Shown piece after piece: positions 12,729 to 25,522 of a stretch of 64,000 bases of DNA. The stretch is taken from NCBI GenBank assembly GCA_030704615.1, contig CM060733.1:61318001-61382000 (forward strand), read 5' to 3'. This DNA is from Takakia lepidozioides. Lineage: Eukaryota; Plantae; Bryophyta. Below the pieces are notes generated by a model. That model searched no databases. It saw nothing but the letters and a program-made list of their open reading frames with translations, and had not been told where the DNA came from. A program made the position numbers and the translations under genes. The first letter of the stretch is position 1. Each line of letters begins with the position of its first letter.

Positions 12729-15700
12729 CCCCTGGGGGGTGCACTCCAGCCAGTATGTACCAGCCACGTGCGTGCACAGGAGGGGGTATTTTAAGCCCCC
12801 CCATGTACAACATTATACATACATAAGGGGGTTTAAAACACGTTAAATATAATATTACAGGAGGGGATTGCTAAGTTTTAAAGAGTAGTCTAGTGATAAG
12901 GACGTAATTTGGGTCGTGATACACCGCGGGATCAAATCAGGGGATCGTTCTTTTTGTTTGTTTTTTTCTTTTTCTTTCTCCCCGCGATCTTTCTCCCTTT
13001 CCCCCCCGCGGGCTCTCTTCTTCCTCCCTCCTCTCCTCGCCTCTCCTCTCCCTCCTCTCCCGCGTTCTTGGGAGAGTCAGCTTGGTCTTAGCAGGTCGTT
13101 TCAATCTTTGCCTGCTCAGTTGCACCGTGGTGGTTCTCAAAGACCAATCCGACATTACTTGACTACAGACACCAGCAGCACACAGAAGAGAGGTCCTTTT
13201 GGGTTGATGGGAGGTCAAATCCTCCATGGGTCATGACACAATGTCAATGACAACGTGGTGAAGGAACCTTCTTCTTTGACCTATTTCAGCCTGTTTTTCC
13301 CTCTCATCAGACTCGGCCCTGAATTTGTAGCACGGAGCAGATCCTTCACGATTGTGGGACAACTGCAATCGCAAAGTGTGGCGTTTTCTTAAGGTACGAT
13401 GTGAAGAAGTTTGTCCATCCTGCAAATGCGGGCTCTTGCCTCCTGTTAGTACCCTGATTTGGTATTCTTCTTAATGTTTACAAGGTTCTTGGGAAAGTCA
13501 GCTTGGTCTTAGCAGGCCGTGTTTCAATCTCTGCCTGCTCAGCTGCACCGTGGTGGTTCTCACAGACCAATCCGACTTGCAATCGTCTGTCTAGAATTGC
13601 AGACCTATGTACAGGAGCAGGACACTGGATCAATATGTGTGGTCACATCCAAGTTATGAGTCTTTGAGGTATAGAATTCAGACTAAGAATCTGATTTCCT
13701 TGCTTTCTGATCTGTGTCTCTGTGTTCTTGAACATGCTCAACTTGCCAGCTCGCCAAACCATTAGCACAAATGCCAAGCCTCCATTTCCAGCCTTGCTTC
13801 AGACGCCGACCACAGTCAAGAGCGAAGGAGCAACTTCCCAGCCACTGGCAAGCACCCCCCAGGTATCTGACGGCATTACATGGAACCCCAATAGCAGCAC
13901 CATGTTCAAAGCTGCTCTTCAACATGTGCTCTCTCCTTCTCCGATAAACACCAAAGAATGGATTCCTCTTAGTTAAACACCCGACCTTTTCTTCCATGTG
14001 CTTTTCAATTTGCAGGTAAACAAGAAAGCTGGAAGACCTCCAGAATCGCGCGCCATTGGTGATTGGCTGGCTGTAAGTCTAACTTCATGAATTTCTTGTT
14101 ATTCTCACATTCATGACCTGTACATATACCTAGAATAAGCATCTTGACGCCTAAGCAATCTATTATTCACCGTTAACTCTTCATAAACTTTTTTTCTACA
14201 TAAATGCTTGTTCACATGACTTCTACAAGCAGGCTCTCTAGGATTTGACAATGTTGCATGTGGTCACACTCGCCAGAAAACAGGCTTTGAATGAGGGAGG
14301 TTTGCCATCAGGTTGGGCTTGGTATTTTGGTCATTGTCATAGCCTGGGTTGGATTGTTTAGGGGAAGTATGACTACAAGACACAAGCAGCACACACAAGA
14401 GGTCCTTTTGGGTTGATGGTCGGTCAAATCCTCCATGGGTCATGACACAAGGTCAAGGACAAGCTCCAGATTTCAAGCTCCAGATTACCTATGATTCCCT
14501 GTGGAAGGATAGATACAAGAAACCTGCATGGGTAGATAATCAACTTGAAGCCGTAGCAGCAGTAGTACAATTGATAAAATCAGGCACTGCTGATGAAGGC
14601 ACCTTCTTCAACACATTTCACCCTGTTTTCTCCTCATATCATAATCGGCCCTAAATTTTCATGTTGAATTCTACAAGTTAGTTGGTTGAGTGATACTAGG
14701 ATAGTTTGGAATGACTTTGACATGATACTGCCAATGTGACAACAGGAAAGTATCCAGAAACAGGTAACAGAGACAAGGAGAAGCTGTGGAATGAATATTT
14801 TTCTGACCCCAGACAATGGTGGGACAACCGAGGCAAAAAGGTGAATGCCTATCAAATTACCAGATGTCATTCTGAACACTGCCCCTACCCTGGTGGACAT
14901 GTATGCCAAATGTGGGTGCATCGAGGATGCCAAGGGATCAGTGTTCAACTCTATGGCTGAACGAGATGTGGTGTTGTGGAGTGCGATGCTTGCAGGGTAT
15001 GCACAACAGGGGTGCGGGATGGAGGCTCCAACTTTGAGCAAATGATGGGGGAAGGGGTGAAGGCCGCCGACATAACGTTTGTGTGCGTTTGCAGTGCGTA
15101 TGGCAGCCCTGGAAAAGGGCAAAGAGATCCCTGGTGACATCATCAAATCTGCAATTGTACCAGATGTCATCCTGAACATTGCTCTCGTGGCCATGTATGC
15201 CAAGTGTGGGAGCATTGAGGATGCCAAGGGAGTTTTCAACTCTATGGCTGAATGAGATGTGGTGTTGTGGAACGCGATGCTTGCAGGGTGTGCAGAGCAG
15301 GAGCGCGAGATGGGGCTTTGGAGACCTGAAAGCAGATGATGGGGGAAGGGGTGAAGCCCGACCACATCATGTTTGTGTGCGTTTGCAGTGCGTGTGTAAG
15401 CCTGCAGCCCTGGAAAAGGGCAAAGAGGTACAAAAGCTGGAATTGTACCGGATGTGATTATGAACAATACCCTTGTGGACATGTATGCCATTGTGGGAGC
15501 ATTGAGGATGCGGAGGGAGTATTCAACACTATGGCTGAACGAGGTGGTGTCGTGGAACACGATTCATCCAAGAGGTCGATTTTAAACACAAGATTACTTC
15601 TGATTCCTTGCGAATCAATAGCTACAAGAAAGTTGCATGGGTAGATGGTCAACTAGAATCAGCAGCGGCAACAGTGCATTTGATAGAACAAGGCGCTGCT

Positions 15701-18419
15701 AATGAAGGTACCTTCTTCAACACATTTCAGCTTGTTTTTCCCTGTTATCAGAGTTTTTCCCTGTTTTTTCCTGAATGAGCATGGATAGAGTGTGGGTCCA
15801 GATTCATCCAAGAGGGCTGGACTTCAAGCTCCAGATTACCTTGATTCCATGTGGGGGTCAGTAGCTACAAGAAACCTGCATGGCTAGATGGTCAACTAAA
15901 GGCAACAGCTGCAGCGGCACAGTTGATAAAATCAGGAACCTCAACCATGACCGTAGCTTCTAAAAGAGAATCAAGAGAGGGAGTCCACAATGCCTCTTCT
16001 GGCACTTCTGGGCATGTGAAGATACTTTGTGCGACAGCCTGACAGAGGCTCTACAAACTCTAAACCAAGGAGGCAGTTCAGCAGATTCAGATATGTATGC
16101 CTGTCTCTTGCTTAAGTGCATCAAGATGGAAGGTCTCGAAGCTGGCAAGCAGGTGCACACTCACATTATCCAAAGTGGATTCACGCCAAATGTTTTTCTA
16201 CTCAACACCCTTGTCAACCTGTATGTTAAGTGCCGGAACATCAGGGATGCTCACCAAGTGTTCAACAAAATGCCTCAATGATCTTTGATCACGTGGAATA
16301 TTATGTTGAAAGGATTTACCAAGCATAGGTGTGGTAGGAATGTTTTGGAGACATATGAGCAAATGATGTGCGAAGCGGTGAAGCACAACCACATCACATT
16401 TGTTTGTGTTTGCAATGCGTGTGAAAGCCTGGGAGCAAGCTGGAATTGTACCAGATGTCATCTTCAACACTACCCTTGTGGACATGTTTGCCAAATGTGG
16501 GTGCGTTAAGGATGTGAGGGGAGTTTTCAACACTCTGGCTGAACGAGATGTGGTGTCGTGGAACGTGATGCTTGCAGGGTATGCACAACAGGGGCACGGG
16601 ATGGAGGCTTTGGAGACCTATGAGCAAATGATGGGGGACGGGGTGAAGCCTAACCACATCACAAGGCATTTCACCAGATTCAGATATGTATGTCTATCTC
16701 TTGCTTAAGTGCATCAAGATGGAAGGTCTGGAAGCTGGAAAATAGGTGCATACTCACATCATCCAAAGTGGATTCACGTCAAATGTTTTTCTACTCAACA
16801 CCTTTATCAACATGTATGTTATGTGTGGGAGCATCATTGATGCTCACCAAGTGTTCAACAGAATGCCTTAACGATCTTTGATCACGTGGAATATAATGTT
16901 GGCAGGATGCAATGCGTGTGCAAGCCTGGGAGCTCTGGAAAAGGGGAAAGAGGTCCATGGTGACATTGTCAAAGTTGGAATTGTACCAGATGTCATTCTG
17001 AACACTCCCCTGGTGGACATGTATGCCAAATGTGGGTGCATTAAGGATGCAAAGGGAGTTTCCATGGCTGAACGAGATGTGGTGTCGTGGAGTGCGATGC
17101 TTGCAGGGTATGCACAGCAGGGACGTGATATGGAGGCTTTGGAGACCTATGATCAAATGATGGGGGAAGGGGTGAAGCCCGACCACATCACGTTTGTGTA
17201 CATTTGCAATGCCTGTGCAAGCTTGTCAGCTCTGGAAAAGGGCAAAGAGGTCCATGGCGACATTGTTAGATCTGCAATTGTATCAAATGTGATTCTGAAC
17301 AATACCCTCGTGGACATGTATGAAGGGAGTGTTCGACGGTATGGCTGAACGAGATGTGTTGTCGTGGAGTGCGATGATTGTAGGATATGCACAGCAAGGG
17401 CGCTGGATGGAGGCTTTGGAGACCTATGAGCAAATGATGTGCGAAGGGGTGAAGCCCGCGCTTTGCATTGCATGATGTTGAGGAAGAGCTTAAAGAATCG
17501 TCTCTTTGCCACCACAATGAGAAGCTGGCCATTGTTTTTGGGCTTATCAACACACCCTCTGGGATGTCTTTGGGGATCATCAAGAATCTTTGGATGTGTG
17601 GTGATTGCCACACAGCCACCAAATTCATCTCAAAGATAGCTAAGCAAGAGATTGTGGTACGGGATGCAAACCGCTTTCACCACTTCCAAAATGGTGTTTG
17701 TTCTTGTGGGGAGTATTGGTGAAATGAAATGCTTGTCACCTAATTGAATGTATTGAACTCTGTCAGCTGCGAGTCAGGTTGGACTCCAACAGTGGCAGCA
17801 AAGGCGCACGAAATCTCTTTTTGGAGAGGAATTCTCAACAGTAGGTTTTGAACATAATTGGACCTTGCAAAGGTTGAAACTGTAGAACAAGTTCAGAAAC
17901 TGTCCTAGTTGATGAACAGAGGTGCAGTGACTAGGTCTTGATGGTCTTCAAGAGGGTCACTCTCTGATGAAAAAAACCCAGGACTGTATATCAGAAAATG
18001 GAAACTTTCTTCAGGCCTCTTGCACACCGGGCATTGACAATGTCATTTTCCTCTCTGCATCTGATTATTGTTCAAAGTGAGATTCCACAGCAAGTTTTAT
18101 CGAGGGCAAACAATTGTTTTAATTAATTAATTAGATTTTATTCTATTTTTAAATAAATAAACTTGATATAATATAAAAACATACATATACATATTTGAGG
18201 GTATTTTTTAATTATTGAAAAGGGAAATATACATACAGAAGGGGGTACTTTTTAAAAATTACAAATTTCTATATATTTACAGGAGGGGGTTTTATAATCT
18301 TCAAAATGTATGTACAGAGGGGGTATAAATGATCCAAGGACCCGTATACAGGGGGGTTTTTTATTAGGCGGCGAACGCACGTGATACGGACATTTTATAA
18401 AGAGTGCACCCCCAAGGGG
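12729..18419. mobile_element. Non-autonomous TIR DNA transposon carrying host gene fragments (Pack-type, CACTA-like)
   Basis: TIRs CCCCTGGGGGGTGCACTC / GAGTGCACCCCCAAGGGG (1 mismatch). It splits repeat A1 at tggggaatccacact with a duplication of AAT (readable as 3, 5 or 7 bp depending on the TIR boundary). ACAG(G)AGGGGGT-type subterminal repeats occur at both ends. Confidence 0.82.
14442..17722 (+). pseudogene. Fragmented PLS-class PPR gene with PDF/WWDNR motifs and partial DYW deaminase domain
   Basis: Repeated LVDMYAKCG..DA..VF..MAERDVVSW..ML.GYAQQG motifs; HNEKLAI...CGDCH...[15 protein letters not shown] at 17468-17722; many stops and frameshifts; internal duplication 16080-16300 vs 16675-16900. 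Confidence 0.9.
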
Positions 18420-18639
18420 AATCCACACTACGGCGCCATAGCTAGACGCGGTGAGGCTCAACTCGAGAAAGATGAGCCCAACGCGATCTGCCGTGAAGAT
18501 AACAACGTCAGGTGCCCAAACATGTATTGACCCCTGGATTGACACTTGGGTCAATCCCAAATGTCAATATATAAAAGCTAGCTATTTCCTAGCTAACTTC
18601 ACACCAGTGGTAAAATAACTTGACACCCCCCCCCCCCAA

Positions 18640-19208
18640 CATTTTTTTTTTGCCTTTGTTACCCCCTCTATTGGGGAAACAAAAGGGACAGATCCTACCT
18701 CTGTCAGGGGCTCACGTTGGTAGTAAGACTTACCTTCACATATAGAATTAATCCGGGTTTTCCAGATATCCTCTACAAATCCCTTCACACAAGCATCAAT
18801 CTGCTGTGTGCGATATGCCCAAAAACTAGGCCTCAGAAGGGGCTGGGCTTTTGGCTCAGCCTCGATTTTTTCAAAGTTAGTAAACAGAGGTACATGCATA
18901 ATTCCCTTGATAGATTTGAAGAGAGCGTCTCTTTGGTGAGAGAACCCCAGACAGTGTATCAGAAAATGAGTACTGTCTTCAAATTGCCCACACAATGGGC
19001 GATTGCACTCTCCCTTTCATCTCTGCTTCTGTTTGCTGTTCAAAGGTAGGCTTCCTGCCCTGAGTTTAAATTTCAGTCTAGTGCCGAGAGTGGGTAGACC
19101 CTTGAGGTCATCCAAGATGTCCTCCCCCATGTCACTAACTGGAAACAAGTTCAGGGAAGTTTTTTGCCTAACTTCATTTTCATCAGACAATCTCATGGCA
19201 ACAGACAT
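18640..19208 (-). mobile_element. 5'-truncated LINE (ORF2 C-terminus with Cys/His motif, A-tail)
   Basis: FKLRAGSLPLN...LCGQFEDSTHFLIHC...IWKTR; T-run at 18642-18651 corresponds to an A-tail on the minus strand. Confidence 0.7.
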
Positions 19209-19916
19209 GGTTGGACACTACAGCCTCTAAGTCACAAAAAGCGACGCCAGAGCATTGCGAAAATCCACGCCCGGGCGTGGCGGAGCCCGACTCCTACTGT
19301 TTTTTTTGCCACGTCCAATAATCGCTTACAGCGATGCACTGATGTCGCTTGGCGTACCACCCGGCTTACGCCACGTGTTTTTGGGTTTTACGATGGGACT
19401 CCCGGGCAGGTTAGAAAAAAAAGGGGATGCGACGCCACGCCGGCGCCGCCACCAACGCCGTCGGCTGGAGGGCCGCGACGGTGAGACGTCGCTCGAAGGA
19501 GGCCCCTGCCATCAGCGCGGACGGCGAGACGTCGCTCGAAGGAGGCCCTTGCCATCAGCGCGGACGGCCCGAAAATCCGGCAGTCGTGGGAGTTGGGGCG
19601 GGGGCTCGCGACCCCCATACATCGGATTTTTGCGACGTCATTTTGGCGACGCCCATGCGACTGCCGGGCGTCGCAAATTCTACGCGTGCCCCCTGCCCGA
19701 AATCGGCGTTTTCCCGACGCTGCTGCGTGGCTCGGGCGTCGCAAAGGCCCCTCTTTTCCTGTAGTGCATATGGTAGACCATAGGGCAGATTGAGATGTGG
19801 CATACCGGATTCAGCACTGCCACAAGCGTAAGGCAGACAGGGCAGACCAAATAGGGTAGACCATATAGCAGACCGTGGAGCGGACCGTAGGGGCAGACCA
19901 TAGGGCAGATTGAGAT

Positions 19917-21729
19917 GTGGCATACCGGATTGCATTGATTTTTGCTTCAGCGTCGTCGACAATGAAGACATTTGGTCGCCAGGTGGGGTTTTCCTTAAGG
20001 AGGGCATCACGCAATGCTAACATCCACGGGATAAGGTCTGATGTTCGATTGCGTGCTGACAATATGTATGCAACCGGAATTCCGTTCAACCATTGGTCGA
20101 ACACCATCAATGTGTACAAGGGAAACTGCATGAAATGAAATTCGTAATTAGCAGGCCAGTGTCACAATTAGCAGACCAGTGTCGTACCGACATGCCCTAT
20201 TTTAATAGGGTATACTGGCACAGGGTCTATTGCAACAGGGTGAAAATGCATAGGGTGTACTGCAACTGGGTGAACACCCACAGGGTCTACTGTAACAGGG
20301 TGAACACGCAAAAGGGTCTGCCCTAAAACAGAGTGCAGTGGAAGGTCTGCTGGAACAGGGTGTACTGGGACAGGGTCTACGACAGTTAGGTCTATTGGGA
20401 TTGAGGACGAAAAAGCAATGCACCACAGGAGTGGGAGACCATTGTAGTATGCTATCATGCTAGCAGAAGCCCGTGGAGAGGGTCCACGGCAGACCTTGTG
20501 ATGGTTAGTTCCAAATGTAGCATCGTAAGCTATGATGCGCGCATGGCCCAAGTCCAACATCTTCTGCCGTTGCCAAGGAGTCTGAATCCCAATGGTGAAG
20601 GTCAAATCTCCATCAAAATGTTGAAATGTGGGTGCCAATGATTCCTCCTGGTAGAAGAAGACCGAGTCCGGGTTTTGATCTTTCCACATACAGACGGATT
20701 GTGCGTCATCAACGTGTTTTTTGAAGGTCTGCTAGGCTCGTTTTTCAGTGAGATGTCGGACATCTTGCTCGAGGAGAAAGTCGTCGCGTGTCCATGCGTC
20801 TCCCAAGCCACAGTTCTGCATGACGTGCTCCTTGTGTTCAATCATGACTTGCGCGACACTCAAGCCTCGAGACAAGCATTCCATGATCCATTTTTTCAGC
20901 TCCTCGCTAATACGTGGAGCATAAGCATATAGGCTGAACTGGAACTCAGCATATCCGTCATGAGAGGGTTTTCCGGACACATCCAGGTGTTGCATGTTGT
21001 TATAATATGTGATGACCCGAATGTCTGGAGCAAGATAACATTGCGAGACTTTGAAACAATAGAGACACCCACGCTTGTAAGACTCGCCGTATTGGCTTTT
21101 CTTTCGTCTTGGACCTTTGTGAGGATTACTGCTTCCAGCCCCGACGTCCGGACCTCCTCGCTTGACTTTAGGATCTGTGACAGTCAAATTGTTGGTGCAC
21201 TTGTCATCTGGACCATAGCAACACTGATACCTGGACAGGGTCGTATTGGAGTATGTCATTGACACCCATGGAGTTCTGTAAGCATGTAAGACAGCCTAAA
21301 CCCTATCTACATATGATGCATGTACATGTCCGGCAAGCACAAGCACAAGAACAAAGAGGCAGTGCGGGAATATGGTGCAGACATGACAGAGGTTAGATAT
21401 GTGTTAGCTCTTGGAGCTCTTCGCGGTCCGGGCTTCGCGTTAACATGCACATTTATGTAAAATTGGGTGGAATAACCGTCTCTACTCTCCTCTCCAAGTA
21501 CAAAGTCAGACACTCTCTCCCAGGGAATACAGGCCGTGCGGATCTGCACTTGAGAGCCCATGTATCCAGAGCGATTCTCGTTCTTCCAGTAAAGGTCTTT
21601 GCAGGAAAATGGCCTATCATTTGGTGTTTGAAGACATTGTCGCAGTGGACGTATAAGAAAGCTTTCTGGTTGGGCATCGACGGCCGCTGCCATATACACT
21701 GTAGTACCCCTTCGCGCACTCGAAATCAC
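19917..21729 (-). pseudogene. Mutator (MULE)-type transposase, intron-containing, 3'-truncated
   Basis: YDATFGTNHHK / FPLYTLMVFDQWLNGIPVAY / WRPNVFIVDDAEAKINAIR in ORFs 20168..20689 and 19811..20131; upstream KRGCLYCF...H..H motif; GC-rich flanks at 19230-19750 and 21850-22170. No TIR pair found. Confidence 0.8.
20205..20385. repeat. About 30-bp minisatellite in the presumed MULE intron
   Basis: cagggtctactgcaacagggtgaacaccca-like units in tandem. Confidence 0.7.
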
Positions 21730-22353
21730 CTACAATACAACTTGCAAAAATGGAAGCAAAGGACGACAAAATGCACGTTCTTGGCAGGAGGAAAGCGCGT
21801 TGGCAGGAATAGACCAGAGGGAGGAAAAGATCGATGAAACAGTCTTCGCCCACGATTGGCGGCCGCTGCCATGTCTTAAATCCGGGCGTCTACGATAGCA
21901 GCGCGGCATCACGGTGAGATGGGCGCCACGTCATCTGGGGTGCGTTTGGGTCTGCCGGATCGGGTTGCTTGGCGGTAGACCCAGCAGCGGGCAGACCCCA
22001 GCCCGGGCAGACCCGATGGGGGGCGGACCCAACGGCGACCGCGGGTGGGCTGGGTGGCTGCGGGGCTGCCGACCGAGTTGCGCGGCTGGCAGGTGGGGGT
22101 GGGCGGGGTAGGAGGGGGGGAGGGCGACCCTGCGACCGTGCGCGCCCTGTCCCACACGCGCGACATAAATTCCCAATTATTCAAAAATGAGAGGCCATTT
22201 ACCTGGGTGGACTTTATTTGGGAATATTAGTGAAATTGTATTGATTAAACTAGAATATTGGAACTTAAAAGATACAATAGAAAATGGTTACCAAATTATA
22301 CTCAATACGTTGGTTCTTTTGACAGTCTAGATTTTCCAATTTCCACCAATAGT

Positions 22354-22590
22354 TGGTAGCTCAGTAGGATAGTGCACTCAGTGCCACCCAGATGATTTTG
22401 GGGTCAAATCCTACTTACCTTGATGGCTACGGTATGTTCTTCTCCCCCCCTTGGGCGGTGTCCCATGTTGAAAGCCTTCACGGCGAGGTTACTCTGAAAG
22501 AGGTTATTTTTTCCTCTCCTTATAATGAAGGGGCCTGATTTGTGAGCTGTCGCTCCCATGTGTTTCCCTTTACCAAAAAAAAAAACAAAA
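22354..22590 (+). mobile_element. tRNA-derived SINE
   Basis: A box TAGCTCAGTAGG (22357), B-box-like GGGTCAAATCC (22401), A-tail at about 22575-22590; related copy at 32866-33110. Confidence 0.7.
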
Positions 22591-25522
22591 GAAAGAAAGA
22601 TTTGTGCATGTAATAAGAACACTTTTGGATATATATATTTTAAAAAAACCAATGCAAGTGTCTTTTTCCTCCAAATGCTGGAGGTCTGTTGGTTCTGTAA
22701 TATGTGAATCCATACCTTAAGGTTGGCGCTGCCCTTCTCACCCTCCGATTTCACAGCGGCCCTCTGTTGTGGGGGGCTCAGCGACCAATAACCCCTTTGA
22801 ACGAAGGGTGGCCCCGCTTCCATCCCCCTTTGGATGCGTTGCAGGATCCCTCGTGCTAGGCCGGATAACCCGCACATTTGGGCAGCACAGGATCTCTGCA
22901 TATATTCTGATGCCATTTGATGCTTTCTGGCCTTCGGGCAGCCTATAACTTTCTCCGATTTTGGGCAATGAATCTCGGGCAGGTTGGTTTGGAAAGCCTT
23001 CCAAATCTGGGTTTCCTACAGTTTTCCTATTTGCAGCTCTTCAAGAAAGTTATGGCAGGTAAAAGAAATGAGTATTGACCCGCCCCAGATGGGTTTGCTT
23101 GTTACATTATGGTGTGGGCAATCAAATACTTCAAGCTAAATAAATCAAAACAAATAATATGATAGTAGGGACAACTTTATATCATTGGAGCTCTTAAGAA
23201 ATTCTACAGCCAAGATTGGAATGCTCTTCTACTTAGAAAATATCTCATCCCTGATCCTTCAATGTGTGAAGTGTGACTTGGAAGTGCGTGAATGAATGAA
23301 TGAATGGATGAGTCTCCAAAGCGACACGCAACAAACTCCATGCATTCGGCCAGCCGGTCAAGAATGCTGCATGAGTAATAACTAGTAACTAATAGCAAGA
23401 TCTGAGGCAGTGTGAGCATCAACCACGTTGGCGATCCACCATACCCTATCACAAGTACACATAATGTAAACACACATTCATTGCACACATAATTTTGTTG
23501 AAATGCTCATAATGTCTCATTAATGTACATGTATATGTATGTATGTTTGCCTTGTTCCGACATTTATAGTAATTCATGGTACCTACAAAGCCTACGGCAG
23601 TATGGTATCACTCATGAGTAAATAATAAGCAATCATTTATGGTTTCAAGATTGCCTCCTGGGCAATAACATCACCAAGACAAGCAAAAGTGCAAGACAGA
23701 GGCTGTCACGCCGCTCTCTCTCATACACATTACTCCCCCACTGCTCTCGCTCTGCAGAGTATTGTAGCAGGTGGCCAACCATTTGTTTGCAACATCTTGC
23801 CCACCACATAGATTTTTTCGATTAATTTCTAGATAAAAGGAGGGAAAAGCCCAAAAATATTTTCTAAATATTAAAGGGGAAGAAGGCCTCTATAAATTTT
23901 ATTTGAGCAAGGAAGTCAAAAAAAAGAAAAGAAACAAGTAGCCGCAAGGCGAAGTGGCTCTTAGTTACGCCGGCTTTGGCCGGAGTCTTCTTCTTTTTGA
24001 ACAAGGAACCCTAGGTTCATTTTTATGAGCTCCTCATTTTGCTTCTTTAGCATTCTCCTCTAGGTGGACAGGGTCTGGGTGCTACCCATCTTTTTTGTGA
24101 TGTAACGCCTCCAAGGCCTCCCATCATGGTCATTTGTTCCATGATTTTTAACATGGTCTCGAGGGCTTGTTCCCCCCTTTAGATAAAAATGATAATAGTA
24201 AGCTGTGTAACGTAAGGTATATATGTAGAGAGAAGATGACGAAAAGATAGGAGTGTGGTCTCCAGCAAAACAAATGTAGAACCCAAAAGGTGGCGTTTAT
24301 ATAGAAGGGGTGTTTGAATAGTATTTTTGACAGCACTGACGACGAGTCACAATAAGTGCACGCGTCCCAGTTGCAGTGGAGTTGGTGCTGCTCGAGGATC
24401 GCTGGCTCCTTCTTCTCCCTAGACCTCTCTCTCGCCGCGCGCCTCGGGTGCTCTGCAGCTTCTCTCTCCCCGAGACCACCTCCATTCTTAGGGAAACCTC
24501 TACTACATATTCCGTCCCATCACCTCCTCTGCTGTGCTTCTTTCCCTTTTCCATCCTGTTATAGCACTCCCAGCTTGTTCAAACTGCTTACAAATGTCTA
24601 CTGTCCAGTCTGCCAGGAGTGCGCTAGTGCAGAGCTCTCTCATTAGCTACTGCCTGTTCTAGTTCGGGTTTACTTTGCCTTGGATTCTTTTGGTTCGCGT
24701 TGTTAGTGTCTTCAAAGGCCGCCATCAGACCGTCTGGAGGGGAAGGGTTTGGGGTTAGGGAGGGAAAGGGAAGGGTCTATACTTCTGACAGCAGTGAACA
24801 CAAACCTGGTGATGGTGCTGTGACGTGAGAAGTTCGGTGTGGTTGGAAATACTTTTCTTGGAGTGTATGTAGCTAGGAATGTTGCATTGTTGAGGACGTA
24901 ACTCTGTCTTTGAGAGGGAGAGAAGGAGAGAGATAGGAGTTTCAGCGCCAAAGGTGCTGCTTCTCTCTCCCTCCTTTTCTCTGGACGGGTGGAGAGAAGT
25001 CGGGAGGCAAAGTTCAATAGTGCCTTGCGCTTTGCATTGCCTCCCTCTTCTCTCTAGTCCCTTGCTCTCATATTTTTTGTCCTTAATCCATATTCTCCCT
25101 CTCCTCTCTGTCCGGGTCTGGCACTCCGTTGCTTTTGGTTTGATCCATCTTTTACAGGATACAGGTCTTTGCAGACCTGAAGTGTAACCTTCGCTGTTCT
25201 TTCTGTTCCCCCATCTTGTGGGGTGGTGTCGAGTGTAGGCCAGGTCTTAAACTATAGATGCGGGAGCAACTGTTGAGATTAAAGTATCTTGTGGAAGCTG
25301 CGGAAGCCTGCTTCGAACGCACCAACTCGGTTAAGTCCTCCAGTGGCGGCAAGTACTGCATGTAGCTACGGCAGCTCGGGTCCAGGAGATTCCCTAATCC
25401 TTTCTCTGGTGGAATAGAGCTTATACTCTCTGGGTTTAGCAAGACAGAAATGTAGGTAGGCTCTCTGTGCTGCTGACTAGCTTGGTAAGGCTTGTGATCA
25501 AATCTGCGATAGCTGCGGACGA

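Larger units (their letters stand above)
3129..18625 (-). mobile_element. Methyltransferase/PHD gypsy-like retroelement with split direct repeats, copy 1 (RT/RNaseH largely deleted; A1 interrupted by a TIR element)
   Basis: Ends are TGTC (3129) and GACA (18625), with CCCC on both sides (3125-3128, 18626-18629; inside a C-run, so a weak TSD). B2 3129-3314, A2 3315-3630, GC, B1 3633-3866, PPT complement 3867-3875, A1 12624-12730 plus 18418-18625. Gag, PR, MTase, INT and PHD remnants lie between. Confidence 0.9.

Noticed and set aside
22354-22420. tRNA gene
   Set aside because: A and B boxes are present but no convincing cloverleaf; it continues into a shared body and A-tail with a second copy, so a SINE is more likely.
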